A stretch of 32,000 nucleotides of DNA, from the NCBI GenBank assembly GCA_054661495.1, contig BAAFSQ010000011.1, forward strand, positions 1 to 32,000, written 5' to 3'. Every line of letters begins with the position of its first letter. The first letter of the stretch is position 1. Below, in pieces: positions 1 to 11,463 of this stretch. A program made the position numbers and the translations under genes. The DNA comes from Zygophlyctis sp. KS116. Its lineage: Eukaryota; Fungi; Chytridiomycota. The notes beneath the pieces are model-generated. The model did not search any database. It was not told the origin of the DNA and was given only the letters and a program-made list of their open reading frames with translations.

Positions 1-1
1 T

Positions 2-70
2 GCTGTTGTATCCAAAACAAAACCAATTGTAGAGTATGTGGAAAGAGTACTTCAAGAACTTTTGGGATAA
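2..70 (+). CDS. Probable 3' end of an upstream gene (partial)
   Basis: Open frame AVVSKTKPIVEYVERVLQELLG* ending in TAA at 68-70, followed by an AT-rich spacer. Frame 1 is also open, so the frame is uncertain. Confidence 0.3.
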   Translation, partial: AVVSKTKPIVEYVERVLQELLG

Positions 71-147
71 TTTATAACTCAACTTAATAAATCATTATGA
101 AGGTTTAAATTTTTAAGGGTTAGACGACGGTTCGCAGTGGATTTTTG

Positions 148-1317
148 ATGCAAACAATTCTTAATTCCAATTTATCTCCCAAAGCCAAGGACCTCGTGAG
201 CTCATTTTCGTCGCTTTATGACCAGAAACTGTGGCATCAATTGACGCTCAAGTTGAATGAATTCTATGACTTGAAAGAAACTGTACCGTTTCAAATGAAT
301 GTTTTCCAGGATTTTATTTCCAAGTTTTCAGACAAGATTGCTCCTCTGTCTCTAGCAATTTTTGCTAGTAAATCTTCAGTCTCTTTACCACCGCTAGAAG
401 GGATTGAATTTCTGTCAAAGTTTATAAAGCAAGATCAGGAAGCAAATGCGTTTTTGAATATTAAAATTGGAAATTATTATCTTTTGTTAGGACAGCTGGA
501 AAAGGTCAAAGATTTATCATCTCAAACTGAAAAAATACTAAATGAAAAAAGTATGGATGCAAGTATTCATGCAGGATACTATAGACTCATGGCTGATTTC
601 TTTAAAGCTAAAAATCAGTATCCTCAGTACTATCATAACGCTCTATTATATCTATCTTCAGTTCCCCTGGAAACTTTACCTTTGGAAGAGAAACAAGAAA
701 GAGCCTATGAATTAGCTATTAGTGCCCTTTTAGGAGAAGGATTGTATAATTTTGGGAAATTATTGATGCATCCAGTCTTGGACTCACTGGTGGGTACAGA
801 GTATGATTGGTTGAGAAATTTTCTTTTTCAGTTGAATAATGGAGATATGGATGGATTTGATAAGACTTTAAAGACTAAAGAATTCCATAAACAAGTAAAT
901 TAAAAAAAGTTTATATTAATAATTAGAACTTGTTGGTGTCTGCACAGGCATTTTTACGACAGAAATTATGTTTAATGACTCTTGTAGAAATGATTTTTAA
1001 GAAATCTAAAGAGTCTAGAGGACAATTAAGCTTTTCGGATGTTGCTAATGAAACTAGAATTCCAATGGATGAAGTTGAACATCTAGTTATGAAGGCTCAA
1101 AGTTTGGGACTTGTAAAAGGATACATTGATCAAGTAGATTCAATGATTTTGGTATTTTCATTGTTTTAATGGTTAGATTACATGGGTACAGCCGCGAATT
1201 CTTGATAAGGCTCAAATCATTAGTCTTCGTGATCGTATTTCTGACTGGTCTGTCAAAGTTCAGGCTAATGTAAAGCAGTTGGAATCTGAGGGGTATGCAG
1301 ACTTGTTTGTGCAGTAA
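148..1317 (+). CDS. RPN9: 26S proteasome lid subunit Rpn9/PSMD13 (PCI domain)
   Basis: KLWHQLT, ALLGEGLYNFG, EVEHLVMKA..LGLVKGYIDQVD and ITWVQPRILD motifs. Introns 895-926 (32 nt) and 1152-1176 (25 nt) join the ORFs in frame. Confidence 0.95.
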
Positions 1318-1372
1318 TTACAATGCGTAAATAAAAAAAACGTTTGACATTTTGTGTCTTGAACACACTAGG

Positions 1373-1404
1373 TTATAAGAGTTCTTATAAGAGTTCTTAT
1401 AAGA
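1373..1404. repeat. 12-nt tandem repeat TTATAAGAGTTC x~2.7 in the THO2 upstream region
   Basis: ttataagagttc ttataagagttc ttataaga; contains the palindrome TCTTATAAGA twice. Confidence 0.85.
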
Positions 1405-1453
1405 CTTTAGCGAATAAGAAATCCTCAAATTTTACATTTTGTTATCGTTTACA

Positions 1454-4400
1454 ATGCAAAATCTTGAATCACTAATCAAGGATGATTTCTACGAGAAACA
1501 CAAGTCTGAATTTCTAAAGAGTTTAAAAGACTTGATCAAAGATCCGAGTACTAGAATTCAAAGTAGAAACTGGAATTTGGAAAATTTATTAAAACCATCA
1601 ATTGGATTTAATTTTAAAAGGGAAGAAATTGATCTCTCAATCTCTAGCGTTCTCGTTGATGGAATTTACTTACATTATTGCCTATACCCAGATCTAAAGG
1701 AAAATTGTATTTTACTCACTAGAAATATGATCTCTAAAAAATATATTCTACCGTCAATGGTGCTAGAAAGAACAGATTCTGAATTTGTTCGAGGTGTAGG
1801 AGTCGCGGATGTTCAGGGGTTTGAAAAGAAATATATTAGGGCTAATACAGCGTATCTCTATACTCAGTCTAAATTTAACTTGCTCAGGGAAGAAAGTCAA
1901 GGATTTTCAAAATTACTGGTTCTTCTAAGTGATTGTAATATTCCTTCCTTTGAATCTCTATGGTATCCTCAAACATCATCTTGTAATCCAAAGAAAATGC
2001 AAGAATTAAGAGAAATTAGAGAAAAAATTGTCAAACAACAAGCAGAAAAAGTGTTGGATCAAATTTTAAAGCTGATTGGAACGTTTGAATTGGATTCAAA
2101 TAGGGTTTTAGATTTAATATTGGATGTTTTTGCGGCCAAATTATTAAATAATTATGATTTTTTTATCCAGCTACTTCGAATATCTCCTTGGTAGGATCTT
2201 AAATTTTAATGGAATAGGTCAGATAAGTCTTTAAATCTATATGCACATTTTATGGGTTTCAAATATTCTTCATATTATTCAGATACAGATAATGCTAGTA
2301 AACCGCCTTTACAAATGGTTTTTGTAACTGCATTATTGATCAAGGAAAATTTAATGACTCTGGGAGATATATATCCACATTTATATCCAAAGGAACAGCA
2401 AACTGAAGATGATTTTAAGGAATATTTGGTGTATTGTAAAGAAATGGGAGCAAAAGCTGCAAGATATCAAGGCCCAGGGGTATTTAGAAGTTTTTTAAAT
2501 ATTATAGCTTTCAGGAGTTTTAGGGGATGATTCAAGTAAAGTTATCCAAGTTGAAGAATCTAAAGAAGTAATTTTTGTTTTCTAAACTTCTTAGCATGTT
2601 TTTGATAAAATAGATTTCAAAGCTGATTTAGTAGAATGTTTATTAGCACTAGGAGATTTAGGGAATGCTAGAAAGTTATTAGCTAGATCTCCAAACATGT
2701 CTTCCATGTATCCTGGAATAGCAGAGGCAACTTGTAGGTTGTTACATGTGATAATCAACCCGGTTTACCAACCATTAAAGCCTTTGCCATCTCGTGAATT
2801 TGATTCCGACCTGCACCCTCCTTCACTTCCTACTTTAAGTTTTCGTACTTCTGAACGTATTTTTTTTTAATTCATTTTTAGGTCCGTATACTGGGAAAAA
2901 AACTTCTAATGCCAAATATTCATTCTTTTATTACAAGTGGGCAGACAATTTAGTGTCTGCGTCCGATTATAATGGTGCGGTCAAAATTCTGCGGGTTATT
3001 TTATCGATTATAGGCGGACATCTATCAAAGGATGTTAATCTCGTGTACAAAATCATTAGAATAGGAAAGGCACATGTTGAATCTGTAATTTACTTCATTG
3101 AACGTTTAGACGGAATATAATCCTCAAGTAATGACTAGCTGGCTAAACATTATTTCTCAGCATATTTTCCCTGCCGTTTCTCTCACTTACTCAAATCCTG
3201 GACTTACATGTGAGTTATGGTCATTTTTGAAAGCATTTCCATATACAACTCGTTACGGATTATACGGTGAATGGAAGAGTATACTTTACGGTAAAATCCC
3301 TGAAATGTCAACTGCATTGATTGGCTGTGAAAAGGATACCAAATATATTATGGCGTAAGTTGGCATTTATTAACTTACCATAGCCGTTTATCAAAGGAAA
3401 CTATTAAGCAGTATGGTAGGCATATCGGCAAAACAGTTCATTCTAATCCCACTATCAGTTTTGCATATATTATAAAGCAGTTGGAATCTTATGATAATAT
3501 GATCGTGCATGTGGTTGATGCTTCGCGCTATTTAACAGATTTAGAGCTAGATATTCTCACTTTCAGTTTAATAGATGCTTTATCCGACAGAAGAAAAACG
3601 CGAATAGAAGAAAATGGAACATCTTTGGCACCATGGTTGAAATCTCTCTCAAATTTTTGTGGGACGCTCTTTCGCCGTCATTCAGTAGATCTTGGTGGTA
3701 TCTTACGATATATTTACAACCAACTTGCCGTAGATAATCCGTACGACTTACTTGTCTTACAAGAAATGATTAGTGCGATGAGCGGGATAAGAATAGCTGA
3801 AGACGTCACAAATGAGCAGATAGAAGCAATAGGTGCTGGTGAAACACTTCGAAGAGAGTCCCTCATGTTTGAATCTGTTCGCAATTCCGCAAAATCTACG
3901 AAGCGTCTTTTAGAATCACTGATTGTCTCTGGTTTGACAGGTCCGATTGGTATTTTGATTGCTAATATGAAACGGGATGTCATTTTTACTAGTGAAACGA
4001 ACGAATTGAAAGTTATTGGTTGGCTGCATGATCATGTAAGACTTTTAAGAATTTTATCCAAAGTGCAAAAGAACTTTTCTTCAGTATTTTGATTTTCTTT
4101 CAAGCAATCTTACTCAAGAAAAATATTCGCAGCTTTTTCCGTCTTTCAAGGAATTATACTCTAGCACTACATTAGACTTCGGAACAATCTTTCATATGCT
4201 GAGACCCAAATTGAATTTGTCATTTGTGGTAAAAAACTATTTCAAATTCTAATCATAGAATACTGATAATGTCAAGGTAGAAACTGAAAATTCAATGGAT
4301 CTGGACGTTCCGAATGAAAATCTTAAATATTTTGAACACCCCACTATTCAGACGATTAAAACTGAAATATTAAATTTACTCCCGGCTGAAACATGGAACA

Positions 4401-7261
4401 ATATAAACGTGGATTTTTTTGTTACCTTTTGGCAACTTTCGTTATATGATATATCTGTTCCTAAAGCTAGATATCAATTGGAAATCGAAAAACAAGCGGC
4501 TATTATTTCTAAGCTTGAAGCAAATAGATTGGAGATGTCCACTGCAGCAGTTGCTAAGCGTAAAAGGGATAAAGAATGCGCTTCTGCATTGATTAACTCA
4601 TTTGAGGAGGAGCTGAAATCTCAAGAATCAAATTATAAAAAAGTCTTACAAAGGATAGATGCTGAAAAGGACAAATGGTTTAAAAATGGTTTGTTTTAGT
4701 TAGCTAACCAACTTAGTAGTTATGGACCATATAGGCTTAAATTTCCTGCAGGAATTCTTATTTCCGCGATGCATAATATCTCCATATGACGCTACTTTTT
4801 GTGCCCAGTTCTGTTTCTTGATGCATTCAATCAAAGTTCCAAGATTTTCTATAATAAGTGCCCTTTCAAATGTACTTTCTGAATTTATCTCATGTATAGC
4901 TTTTTAAGCCTAGAATCGTTCAGGCTATTATATTTTCGTTGACAGAGAATGAGGCCAAAAACTTTGGTAAAATTTGCAGCGTTAATTTATTTTTAGGTTA
5001 TTTCCTGTCTTTTATCTTAAAGAATTTGATTACATATCACAAAAATGGAGAAGACTTTGAGAAGTTCAATGTTAACTTGACCAAAGATTTGTTCGATCAC
5101 GAGGGATTTTGTCAGCAAATGCTAATATGGGAGCAAGATCTAAGAGAATCATTCCTGTATTCATTGCACTCTGGCGAATATATGCAAACAAGGAATAGCA
5201 TTTTAGTTCTTGATAAGATAAATGATTACTTTCCAATCACAAAAGAATCAGGCAAAAAAATCGAATTAATCATCAAGCTATTAGAAAAAAAAGAAACAAG
5301 AGGTGATCTTAAGCAACTATCGCGTGCTTATTATGGGAAGTTACAGCTACGTAAAAAAGACTGGCTTGACGGATTGGAAGAAGAAATTCTGCAAGAAAAA
5401 CCTGATCTAGATTTAGATGCCTCCAATACCTTACTAGATCAGATGGATTCCGGAAAAAAGAATGTAGAGATGGTCACTGCTCCCAAAGAAGATTTGAAAA
5501 TGAATGACAATGTGAATATCATTAAAACTATCGATAAAGTCCCCGATCAAGATGCAGATAAGAAGAAAATCGTGACAGATGGAATGAATGCTTCTGTCGC
5601 TCCTGTAGAAGAAATCCCCAAGAAAAATATTGAAGAAGATTTAGATAAGGAAGAAGGGGAGCAGAACGAAGATGAAGAATTAAGTCAAAATGATCAGGTT
5701 TTGAAATCTGGAGAAGCGCTTGAAAGCGGCATTTTAACAGAAGATGAAACAGATCAAACTAATCTTGAAGAAAAAGAAAAATTGTTATTAGTTCGAGAAG
5801 ATGGAGAAGCAGATCCTGAATCATCTGGGGTTAGCGTAGATTTAAAAGTCCTCGATGAATCAACATATGAAATCAGCAATGATGTTCATAATATATCTGA
5901 AATTCCAAACTCTGATGAAATTAAGAGTTATGATGATCAAACCATGGATACGATGGAAGCCCTCCGAAAAGTTCTACGTGAACGGGTTGAAGCCTCTAGA
6001 CGTATTCAAGATAAAAACGATAAAACATCCAAAGATGAACTCATCAATAATGAATCTCCTTCAAAAATTGCACGTGATAGAGATTCATCATTTGAAAAAC
6101 AAAGGAATCAGTCAAACGGTGATTATCGACCCTCAAGAAGCATTCGAGATCGAGATTATAAGCAACGTGAATATGGACGCGAGAGATCCCCTAAAGATAC
6201 TAGAGAATCACAAAAGTACACGGAGAATAAGGATAGCCAAAAATCTTCATACAGTAAGAATTATTCAGACCGGGAAAGTGACAGAGTTTCAGAAAGAAAA
6301 GACAGGAACTCTAAATACAAGGATTATCCATCCCGTGAGCATGATAGGAGTTCCCGACATTCTAAAGATTATCAGGGTCGTGAGCGGGAGCATGATAATA
6401 GAGATCGTAGGGATTACAGGGACAGATCCCCTATTAGACCTCAATTTTACCAAAAGGATACATGGACCAACAAACAAGGCTCTCTTTCTCAAAAAAGTGT
6501 TAAAGATGCTATTACTGGTGCTGTTTTGGAAAATTTAAAAAAAGAAACCTCTCAATCCAAATCTGATGAAGGACGCAGATATGACTCTAAAGAACCTCCA
6601 ATGAGGAGAGATATTTATATCCCACCTGCTCCAAAAGAAGATGTGTCTTCATCCTTAAAAAGACAAGATGATGTTAATATTCACAATAGAAGCAAGGATG
6701 AGTCCAGATCAAGAAGAGAGCGTGATTTTGATCGTGGTAGAGTTTCTGCAAGAGTCTCTCCAAGAGATTCTCCACAAAAAGATAGAGATCGTGAAAGTGA
6801 TAGGACCATTAGAGACTCTAAAAAAAGTTCAAGTCTAGAAAGAAGTTGGAGTCGTGATAAACGAAGAGAAGATGAACGCCAACATGGTTTTGGAAGATCT
6901 AAAGATATCTATACCCCTCAAAACTCTTTTGAATCGAAATCTAGAGGTGATAAAAGATTCCAATCATCGTATGAAAAGGATAGGAGTAATGATCGTGGAA
7001 CCTTTAGACAGTCTGATTCTAAATCTGAAACTAGGCCTAGAATTACTGAAAACTCGGAACCATCCGCTCAAAAGAAAAGAGGTTTAGAAGATGGTAATAT
7101 TTAAATTTTTAAGTCATAGGATCTCTTAAATCTTCTGCATCTTCTATTTCTATTGATGATAATTCTCATAGTAGAGCTGAGAGTGATAAGTCTTCCAAGA
7201 AGGTAAAGATCAATCGCATGGTAAGGGATTAAAGAAATCATGATAATTTCAGGTCATATAA
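1454..7261 (+). CDS. THO2: THO complex subunit 2 (multi-exon) with acidic and R/D/S-rich C-terminal tail
   Basis: LYTQSKFNLLREESQGFSKL, LIGTFELDSNRVLDLILD, RYGLYGEW, ESYDNMI, FFVTFWQLSLYDISVP and EYMQTRNSILVL motifs. Many 24-32 nt GT-AG introns. The last exons (introns 7094-7119, 7221-7252) are inferred. Confidence 0.93.
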
Positions 7262-7325
7262 TAAAATTTTCTGAAATTCCTAAATTCCTGCGGACTGTTG
7301 AGGTCCAGGTTAATAAAAAAAAGAA

Positions 7326-7532
7326 ATGGTAAGTCACTTTATCTAAGACGATTAGCCATCTCAAAAGACATTCCGTATCAAACGAATTCTTGGTAAAAAG
7401 GCCAAACAGAATCGCCCAATCCCCAATTGGATCAGATTCAAGACTGATAATACCATTCGGTAATTACATTTACTAATATCAAGATACAATGCCAAACGTA
7501 GAAACTGGAGAAGAACTAAATTGAATCTTTAA
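7326..7532 (+). CDS. RPL39: 60S ribosomal protein L39 (eL39); not in ORF track
   Basis: ATG-only exon, introns 7329-7355 and 7460-7483. Spliced product [51 protein letters not shown]. Confidence 0.97.
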
Positions 7533-7557
7533 AATAAAAAACTCTTTAAAAAATGGT

Positions 7558-8538
7558 TTATTGTTGTTTGCAGTCGGGAGGATTTTCTTTCTTGCCAGTG
7601 TCTGCATTCTCTTGTCCATCTTGATCTTCATCATCTTCTTGATCTTCATCATCTTCTCCTTCGAAATCTTCACCTTCTTCTTCATCATCCCATTCATCCA
7701 TTTCTTCATCTTGTAACGCCTTTCCTGTAAACCAGTCAACAGCGCGTGGAATAATCTTTTCCTTTAAAATCTCTCCAATTTCATAGTCCATTTCAATCTT
7801 TTCTTCAAAATCTTCTGGAAGATCTTCTTCTTCATCATCATCTTCTCCCAAAGGTAATTGAATTGGAGAGAAAAAATTGAAAAATGTCTCTCTAGGAATT
7901 GTCTTTTTAACCATTCTAGTCTCTTTAGTCCCCTTGTGTCTTTGTTTCTTCATTTCAACTTTACAAGTCAAATCTTGATCTACTTTCCAATCTATAACAG
8001 TTCCAACTGCTTTTTGATAAATTAGATCTCCAAATGGATCATCAGGATTATTATCCAAATAATAAGTTTTAACTAGACTCTTATTAGAGAAAAATGGATT
8101 CTCTTCAAACAAGAATTCCAACTTGAATCCAGGATTATCTTGTAAATATTCAACTTTTATATCAATCAAGTGTTTTAATGCTTCTTCATCACCATCAAAG
8201 ATCAATTCAGAGATTAAAGGATGTGTAGACATTGCAGTGTACCAAAACGATGGAATTCCTACTGGATCGGCAGTATCGTTTAGACCAGAAATAATTTCAA
8301 ATCTCTTTTGATAGAGAGGAACATGAAGTGTAGCAAACTTCTTTTCTAATTCCAAGACTTGCGATCTGAATTCTAGTTCCAATTTGAGATTTTCCAATTG
8401 AATTTCAGATAATTTTGAAATTTTATCTTGAATTTCTTGGGGAAGAGATTCGACATATCCAGAGGTTTTGCCAACAAGAGTATTTAAGCGGGACTGAAGA
8501 GCATTCAAGAGTGCAGGATTGTTTGCTAAAGCTTCCAT
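7558..8538 (-). CDS. NAP1: Nucleosome assembly protein 1
   Basis: GIPSFW, FEENPFFSNKSLVKTY, TFFNFFSP, IIPRAVDWFTG, an acidic tail and a CaaX-type CKQQ end. Intronless. Confidence 0.96.
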   Translation of the reverse strand: MEALANNPALLNALQSRLNTLVGKTSGYVESLPQEIQDKISKLSEIQLENLKLELEFRSQVLELEKKFATLHVPLYQKRFEIISGLNDTADPVGIPSFWYTAMSTHPLISELIFDGDEEALKHLIDIKVEYLQDNPGFKLEFLFEENPFFSNKSLVKTYYLDNNPDDPFGDLIYQKAVGTVIDWKVDQDLTCKVEMKKQRHKGTKETRMVKKTIPRETFFNFFSPIQLPLGEDDDEEEDLPEDFEEKIEMDYEIGEILKEKIIPRAVDWFTGKALQDEEMDEWDDEEEGEDFEGEDDEDQEDDEDQDGQENADTGKKENPPDCKQQ

Positions 8539-9251
8539 TTAAAAAAGATAAAATTGCTGCCACAGCCCTCTAGTTGCCGCAAACTGTATCTTTCTGTATA
8601 ATATGATCCGTACGATCGACTGAATAATTACTCAATCTCAATAGAATAGTCGATTTGATAATATACACCGTTAATATATTTCAGAATAGATTCTAGAAAA
8701 ACAATACGGCCATGAGGGCAGAGATCAAGGATCCGACAGAGACATTGGTGGAACTGTTTTGCTCACTGTCCTTTTCTGGATACTCATTAGCTAGATCCAA
8801 GGATGCTGTAGCTTCGGCTTCTTCTACAGCAGTAGTGATAGAAGCAATGTCCGAAACTGGAGTTGGCTTCTCCTTTTTAGTTCTGGATGTATTTGTAGTT
8901 GACTAGCCATTATAAAATAGATCTAGATTACCTCTTCAGATGGAGTAGATTCATCAGATTCAGGAGTATCAACTCTTAGAACTTTTCCTTCATTGCGAGG
9001 TGCATCAGGCTTAAACTTTTCTGGTTTAGTAACCTTGTGCCAATCATTTTGGCGTCCTCTCTCATTGGCAGATACCAATGCAGACAACAGAGCAATAGAC
9101 AACAGTTGAGATGAGACTTTCATTTTCAATTATTTTTAGATCTGTGGTTTGTCCGATAACCCCGTATTTATAGTTTACCAACTCAGACTCAGATTATTAA
9201 AAATCAATATTTTTTGATAATAGCATAGATCAGACAAAGGGGAGTTGTTTT
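8523..9251 (-). repeat. Left arm of ~730-bp inverted duplication (pairs with 14253-14981)
   Basis: Its reverse complement matches 14253-14981 from AAAACAACTCC.. to ..ATGGAAGCTTTAGCAA, with scattered substitutions and indels near 8590-8635. Confidence 0.97.
8693..9123 (-). CDS. Small secreted, predicted GPI-anchored protein, copy A (133 aa)
   Basis: Signal peptide MKVSSQLLSIALLSALVSA, intron 8903-8931, S/T/E-rich stalk, hydrophobic tail NSSTNVSVGSLISALMAVLFF*. Confidence 0.85.
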
Positions 9252-9455
9252 ATATTATATCTTTAATAAGATGTTTGATAACAGAATTATGAATAATCAT
9301 TAAAATCTTTCAAAGATCAATCGCAAGAAGGATGATTCTGTCTGGTGCATTTAATCAATTAATGAATTTAATTTTTATTCTGGAATATTTAAAACTTTTT
9401 CCAAAATCTAATGAATCAAGCCATACTATCAACTTGTAAATCTTATTTGCAGCTG

Positions 9456-9889
9456 TTAATTGTCTACAGCGCGTATTAAGAATAGTGTACCAGTGATCAG
9501 TTGAACTCCAATGAATATTAAGCTGATTGAATTTACCGCTATATCTATAATCATGACATAAGTTTGCCAATTGCAGTAATAGAGAAATGCGCCAATTGAA
9601 AATAAAGAAAATATAATTGATATAATCGCAGGTAATGATTCTTCTGTTTTGTTTCCTTTAGAGAAAAGAAATACTCTAGAAGCCTCTAAAATAAATAAGG
9701 GGAAAATTCCAAATACTTCCAATTCATAAGAAAATGGAGGATAAGTTAAATACATGTCTGGAGTTTAGATTAATAAAAAATACTCTTATATACTAAAAGT
9801 GCTAAAGTGATTATCCAATATACAGGAAACCATATAGAATATATAAATAAAGATATTTGAAGGGGTAGAGACGATTTAATTTCTCGCAT
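9456..9889 (-). CDS. TMEM216: Ciliary transition-zone membrane protein, TMEM216/TMEM17/TMEM80 family
   Basis: Exon 1 MREIKSSLPLQISLF..LLVYK, intron 9758-9783, then YP, R.FLFSKGN and YYCNWQTYV motifs; four hydrophobic segments. Confidence 0.8.
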
Positions 9890-9999
9890 GACTGAAAGAA
9901 CCGCAAATTTAAGCACCGTGCTTTGATTGCGACTTTGCGTGATTTACGATTTTTTTAATCAAGCACAAATTAGCACAGAGCTTCTCAGATAAAACTCAT

Positions 10000-10719
10000 A
10001 TGAATATTCTGATCTTTGCTTTAACCCTTTTGCTAACAGCCTGCAGTGCCTTTCCGGTTGGTAAATTGATTCCGCTAAGCTCAATCTCCCATCTTAGACA
10101 TCACAATATTGGGAAATCAGTAAGGGTTGGAAATGGGATCAGATCATTGCATGGATATCCATTTCTTAGTCAGGATTTAGGAGGTAATCATTTGAATTCA
10201 ACTCTAGATAAAAATAAATTTGTTGCTATTGATTGTGAAATGGTCGGAGTTGCCAATAATACTAAATCTGCTCTTGCAAGAGTATCAATTGTTGACTATT
10301 ATGGAAATGTTATTCTAGACAAGTATGTTAAACCTCTAGAACATGTATCGGACTACAGAACTTGGGTATCAGGGATCTATCCTCATCATTTAAGTAATGC
10401 AGCAAATTTTTACAAGATTCGGAATCAGGTCTCGAATCTCTTGAAAGGAAAGATCGTAATTGGTCATGCGTTGACTAATGACTGGAAAGCATTAGGTCTT
10501 ATGCATCCTGAATCAATGATTCGTGATACGTCAAAGTTTGAGGCCTTCAAAAAATACGCCAAAGGGAAGAATAACACTCCAGGATTAAAAACATTGGCGA
10601 AAACTTTACTAAATATTGATATACAATCTGGTAGTCATGATTCAGTTGATGATGCAAGAACTGTAATGTTAATATTCAAACATGCCATGGAATTACGGAA
10701 CAGAAATCTTTTAAATTAG
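10000..10719 (+). CDS. DEDDh 3'-5' exonuclease, REX4/ISG20-like, with an N-terminal signal-peptide-like segment
   Basis: ExoI AIDCEMVG, ARVSIVD, DYRTWVSGI, ExoII GHALTND, ExoIII HDSVDDA. N-terminus MNILIFALTLLLTACSA. Confidence 0.9.
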   Translation: MNILIFALTLLLTACSAFPVGKLIPLSSISHLRHHNIGKSVRVGNGIRSLHGYPFLSQDLGGNHLNSTLDKNKFVAIDCEMVGVANNTKSALARVSIVDYYGNVILDKYVKPLEHVSDYRTWVSGIYPHHLSNAANFYKIRNQVSNLLKGKIVIGHALTNDWKALGLMHPESMIRDTSKFEAFKKYAKGKNNTPGLKTLAKTLLNIDIQSGSHDSVDDARTVMLIFKHAMELRNRNLLN

Positions 10720-11402
10720 TATATTAAGGAATTTATACCGATTATTTGATCAGATCGATCTATTTTATCACTGTAAACTCCATTTCTAATGAGTAAAAGC
10801 CCATCGATTCCAGCCTTTTTAGATCCATAATAATCCTTTTCTAGTGAATCTCCAACATGAATTCCCTTCAAGTTTCCAAATGCTTTTTTAAATAGTTGAA
10901 CATCAGGCTTACTCGCCTGTTCAGTCTGAGAGAGAATCACCATATCAAAGAATTTGGCTAGATCAAGAATATTCAAGATATGAAGACTTCTAATATCTGA
11001 ATTGCTGATTATCCCCAATTTAATGTTTAGCTTCTTTAACGCACTGAGAGTCACAACAACATCACTATAAATCCCATAGTTTTCTGCAAGACTAAACTCT
11101 CTTAAAACATCATTGTAAAGAGAAGGAAATACTAAATCTAAAGATTGCTTACTGTTATGAGGAAGCAATGAGTTATAAACCACTGCAGACCACCAACTAA
11201 TGTGGCACCGACCGAAATGCGGCTCTAACGCTTCTTTGGCTGCAAATGCAGTAGAAAAACTACTTGGGTATGTTCCTGATAATCCATTTTTTCTTGCTAT
11301 TTTTGAATAAATTGCAATAGGATCAGTATGTATCAGAGTATTGAAGAGATCAAACGTGATCATCCTCGGTTTCACAATCTGAAACATGGTAATAATGATC
11401 AT
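10716..11402 (-). CDS. HAD-superfamily hydrolase (HDHD3-like)
   Basis: Motif I TFDLFNTL, motif II ISNSD, motif III SKPD, motif IV HVGDSLEKDYYG. The true start may be the ATG at 11387. Confidence 0.88.
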   Translation of the reverse strand: MIIITMFQIVKPRMITFDLFNTLIHTDPIAIYSKIARKNGLSGTYPSSFSTAFAAKEALEPHFGRCHISWWSAVVYNSLLPHNSKQSLDLVFPSLYNDVLREFSLAENYGIYSDVVVTLSALKKLNIKLGIISNSDIRSLHILNILDLAKFFDMVILSQTEQASKPDVQLFKKAFGNLKGIHVGDSLEKDYYGSKKAGIDGLLLIRNGVYSDKIDRSDQIIGINSLIY

Positions 11403-11463
11403 TTATTGTTGGCCATAATAATCTCATTTTGTTAATATAGTCTTGAAGTCAATGAATTAGATA

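Noticed and set aside
5855-7087. Alternative-frame and antisense ORFs within THO2 (5855-6538, 6289-6492, 6854-7087)
   Set aside because: Shadows of the low-complexity D/R/S-rich THO2 tail; no recognisable motifs.
8573-8584. GTTGCCGCAAAC as an RFX X-box
   Set aside because: Only a half match, upstream of NAP1 rather than a ciliary gene; no convincing X-box seen before TMEM216 or NME7.
10036-10047. LTAC lipobox-like sequence in the exonuclease leader, suggesting bacterial origin
   Set aside because: The catalytic domain is of the eukaryotic REX4 type and composition matches neighbouring genes; likely coincidence.
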